This document shows, in pieces, positions 62,333 through 64,000 of a DNA stretch of 64,000 nt. The DNA is from Eubacteriales bacterium (lineage in GTDB: Bacteria > Bacillota > Clostridia > Christensenellales > Aristaeellaceae), in NCBI GenBank assembly GCA_031556335.1, contig JAVBTE010000032.1, positions 92 through 64,091 on the forward strand, read 5' to 3'. The position numbers and the translations under genes were made by a program. How positions within the stretch are numbered: position 1 is the first letter of the stretch; each line of letters starts with the position of its first letter. Below the pieces are notes generated by a model. It saw nothing but the letters and a program-made list of their open reading frames with translations, was not told the DNA's origin and did no database searches.

Positions 62333-64000
62333 TGGGAAAAATTATCGGCATCGACCTTGGAACCACCAATAGCTGCGTGGCGGTGATGGAGGGCGGCGAG
62401 CCCGTCGTTATCCCCAACGCGGAAGGCGCGCGCACCACCCCCTCCGTTGTGGCTTTTACCAGGGAGGGCGAGCGGCTGGTGGGCCAGATCGCCAAGCGCC
62501 AGGCTGTGACCAATCCCGACCGCACCGTGATCTCCATCAAGCGGGAAATGGGCAGCGCATATAAAGTCAAAATCGACAGCAAGGAATACAACCCCCAGGA
62601 AATCAGCGCCATGGTGCTGCAAAAGCTGAAAACCGACGCCGAGGCGTATCTGGGCGAAACCGTGACCCAGGCGGTCATCACCGTGCCCGCGTATTTCAGC
62701 GACAGCCAGCGCCAGGCCACCAAGGACGCGGGCCGCATCGCGGGGCTGGAAGTGCTGCGCATCATCAACGAGCCCACCGCCGCGTCGCTGGCCTATGGCC
62801 TGGACAAGGAATGCAGCCAGAAAATTCTGGTGTACGACCTGGGCGGCGGCACCTTTGACGTGAGCCTTTTGGAAATCGGCGACGGCGTGTTTGAAGTGCT
62901 GGCCACCAACGGCAACAACCGCCTGGGCGGCGACGATTTCGACGACCGGGTCATCAACTTTATCGCCGACACCTTTAAAAAGGAAAACGGCATTGACCTG
63001 CGCCAGGACAAGATGGCCTTCCAGCGCCTGAAAGAAGCCGCGGAAAAGGCCAAGATCGACCTGTCCGGCGTGATGACCGCCAATATCAACCTGCCCTTCA
63101 TCACCAGCGACGCCAACGGCCCCAAGCACCTGGATATGACGCTGACCCGGGCCAAGTTTGACGAGCTGACCGCCGATCTGGTAGAAAAGACCATCGAACC
63201 CATGACCAAGGCCCTGAAAGACGCCGGGCTGACGGCCGACCAGATCGAAAAGGTGATTTTGGTGGGCGGTTCCACCCGCATCCCCGCCGTGCAGACCGCG
63301 GTGAAAAAAATCACCAACAAGGAGCCTTTCAAGGGCATCAACCCCGACGAGTGCGTGGCGGTGGGCGCGGCCATCCAGGCCGGCGTGCTGGGCGGCGAGG
63401 TGAAGGACGTTCTTTTGCTGGACGTTACCCCCCTCAGCCTGGGCCTGGAAACCGAAGGCCATATCTTTACCCGCCTCATCGACCGGAACACCACCATCCC
63501 CACCACCAAGTCCCAGGTGTTTTCCACCGCCGCCGACGGCCAGACCACCGTGGAGATCCACGTATTGCAGGGTGAGCGCCCCATGGCCTACGACAACAAA
63601 ACCCTGGGCCGCTTCCAGCTGACGGGCATCCCCGCCGCGCCCCGGGGCGTGCCGCAAATTGAGGTCACCTTCAACATTGACCGCAACGGCATCGTGAACG
63701 TGTCCGCCAAGGACAAGGGCACCGGCAACGAGCAGAAGATTACCATCTCGGCCTCCACCAACATGACCGAGGACGAGATCAACCAGCGCATCAAGGAAGC
63801 CGAGCAGTACGCCGAGGAAGACAAGAAGCGCAAGGATGAAGTGGAAACCATGAACCGCGCGGATACGCTGATTTACGAAATGGAAAAGCAGCTGCGGGAG
63901 AACGGCGAGAAGCTGAGCGAGGAAGACAAGCAAACCGTGCAAAGCGAGATCGACGCCTTCAAGAAGGTTCGGGAAGGCAACGACGCCCAGGCCGTGAAGG
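62333..64000 (+). CDS. dnaK: molecular chaperone DnaK (3' end truncated by the window)
   Basis: My translation from the ATG at 62333 is [42 protein letters not shown]...[20 protein letters not shown]...[10 protein letters not shown]. The frame stays open to the window end. It is absent from the ORF track because no stop lies within the window. Confidence 0.96.

Overview
GC-rich chromosomal segment of a spore-forming Firmicute. The Clostridia/Oscillospiraceae-like assignment is inferred from gene content and G/C-dominated third codon positions. About 60 protein genes, one tRNA, no rRNA, no CRISPR, and no transposase, integrase or phage genes are visible. Layout: (i) tRNA-Lys and a beta-CASP/MBL hydrolase. 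(ii) A nine-gene, translationally coupled minus-strand sugar operon: rfbF-rfbG-rfbH, GtrA-like, ThDP enzyme, SDR reductase, GtrB-like GT2, rfbA-rfbB. (iii) TetR plus a MacB-type ABC exporter with an HlyD adaptor. (iv) Small cytosolic genes and aqpZ. (v) rpmH-rnpA-yidD-yidC-jag, rex, VanW, uppP. (vi) A secreted MBL protein, a Cys/Pro-rich ORF, degV, and a roughly 2,170-aa repeat protein. (vii) spoIIE, apbE plus a two-domain FMN-binding protein, nagA, and an ArsR-potABCD operon. (viii) rsfS, a nadD-yqeK fusion, cysteine desulfurase, rpmB, lepA. (ix) An L,D-transpeptidase, spoIIIAA-AH, hemW-hrcA-grpE-dnaK (dnaK truncated by the window end). The most unusual signal is not a gene. It is a family of modular, palindromic multi-hairpin cassettes (G-tract, three conserved hairpins, terminator core, then the mirror image) at five convergent gene junctions, always oriented so that the incoming mRNA reads the same module order. 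Other points worth follow-up: a yersiniose-like branched CDP-sugar pathway coupled to GtrA/GtrB, a 26-Cys ORF whose 3' end overlaps degV, an anchor-less giant SdrD-B/Cna-B repeat protein, an FmnB/PplA-like flavinylation pair, a nadD-yqeK fusion, an ArsR-led pot operon with a perfect operator palindrome, and a half-size SpoIIIAG. All product calls rest on my reading of the supplied translations; no database search was run.
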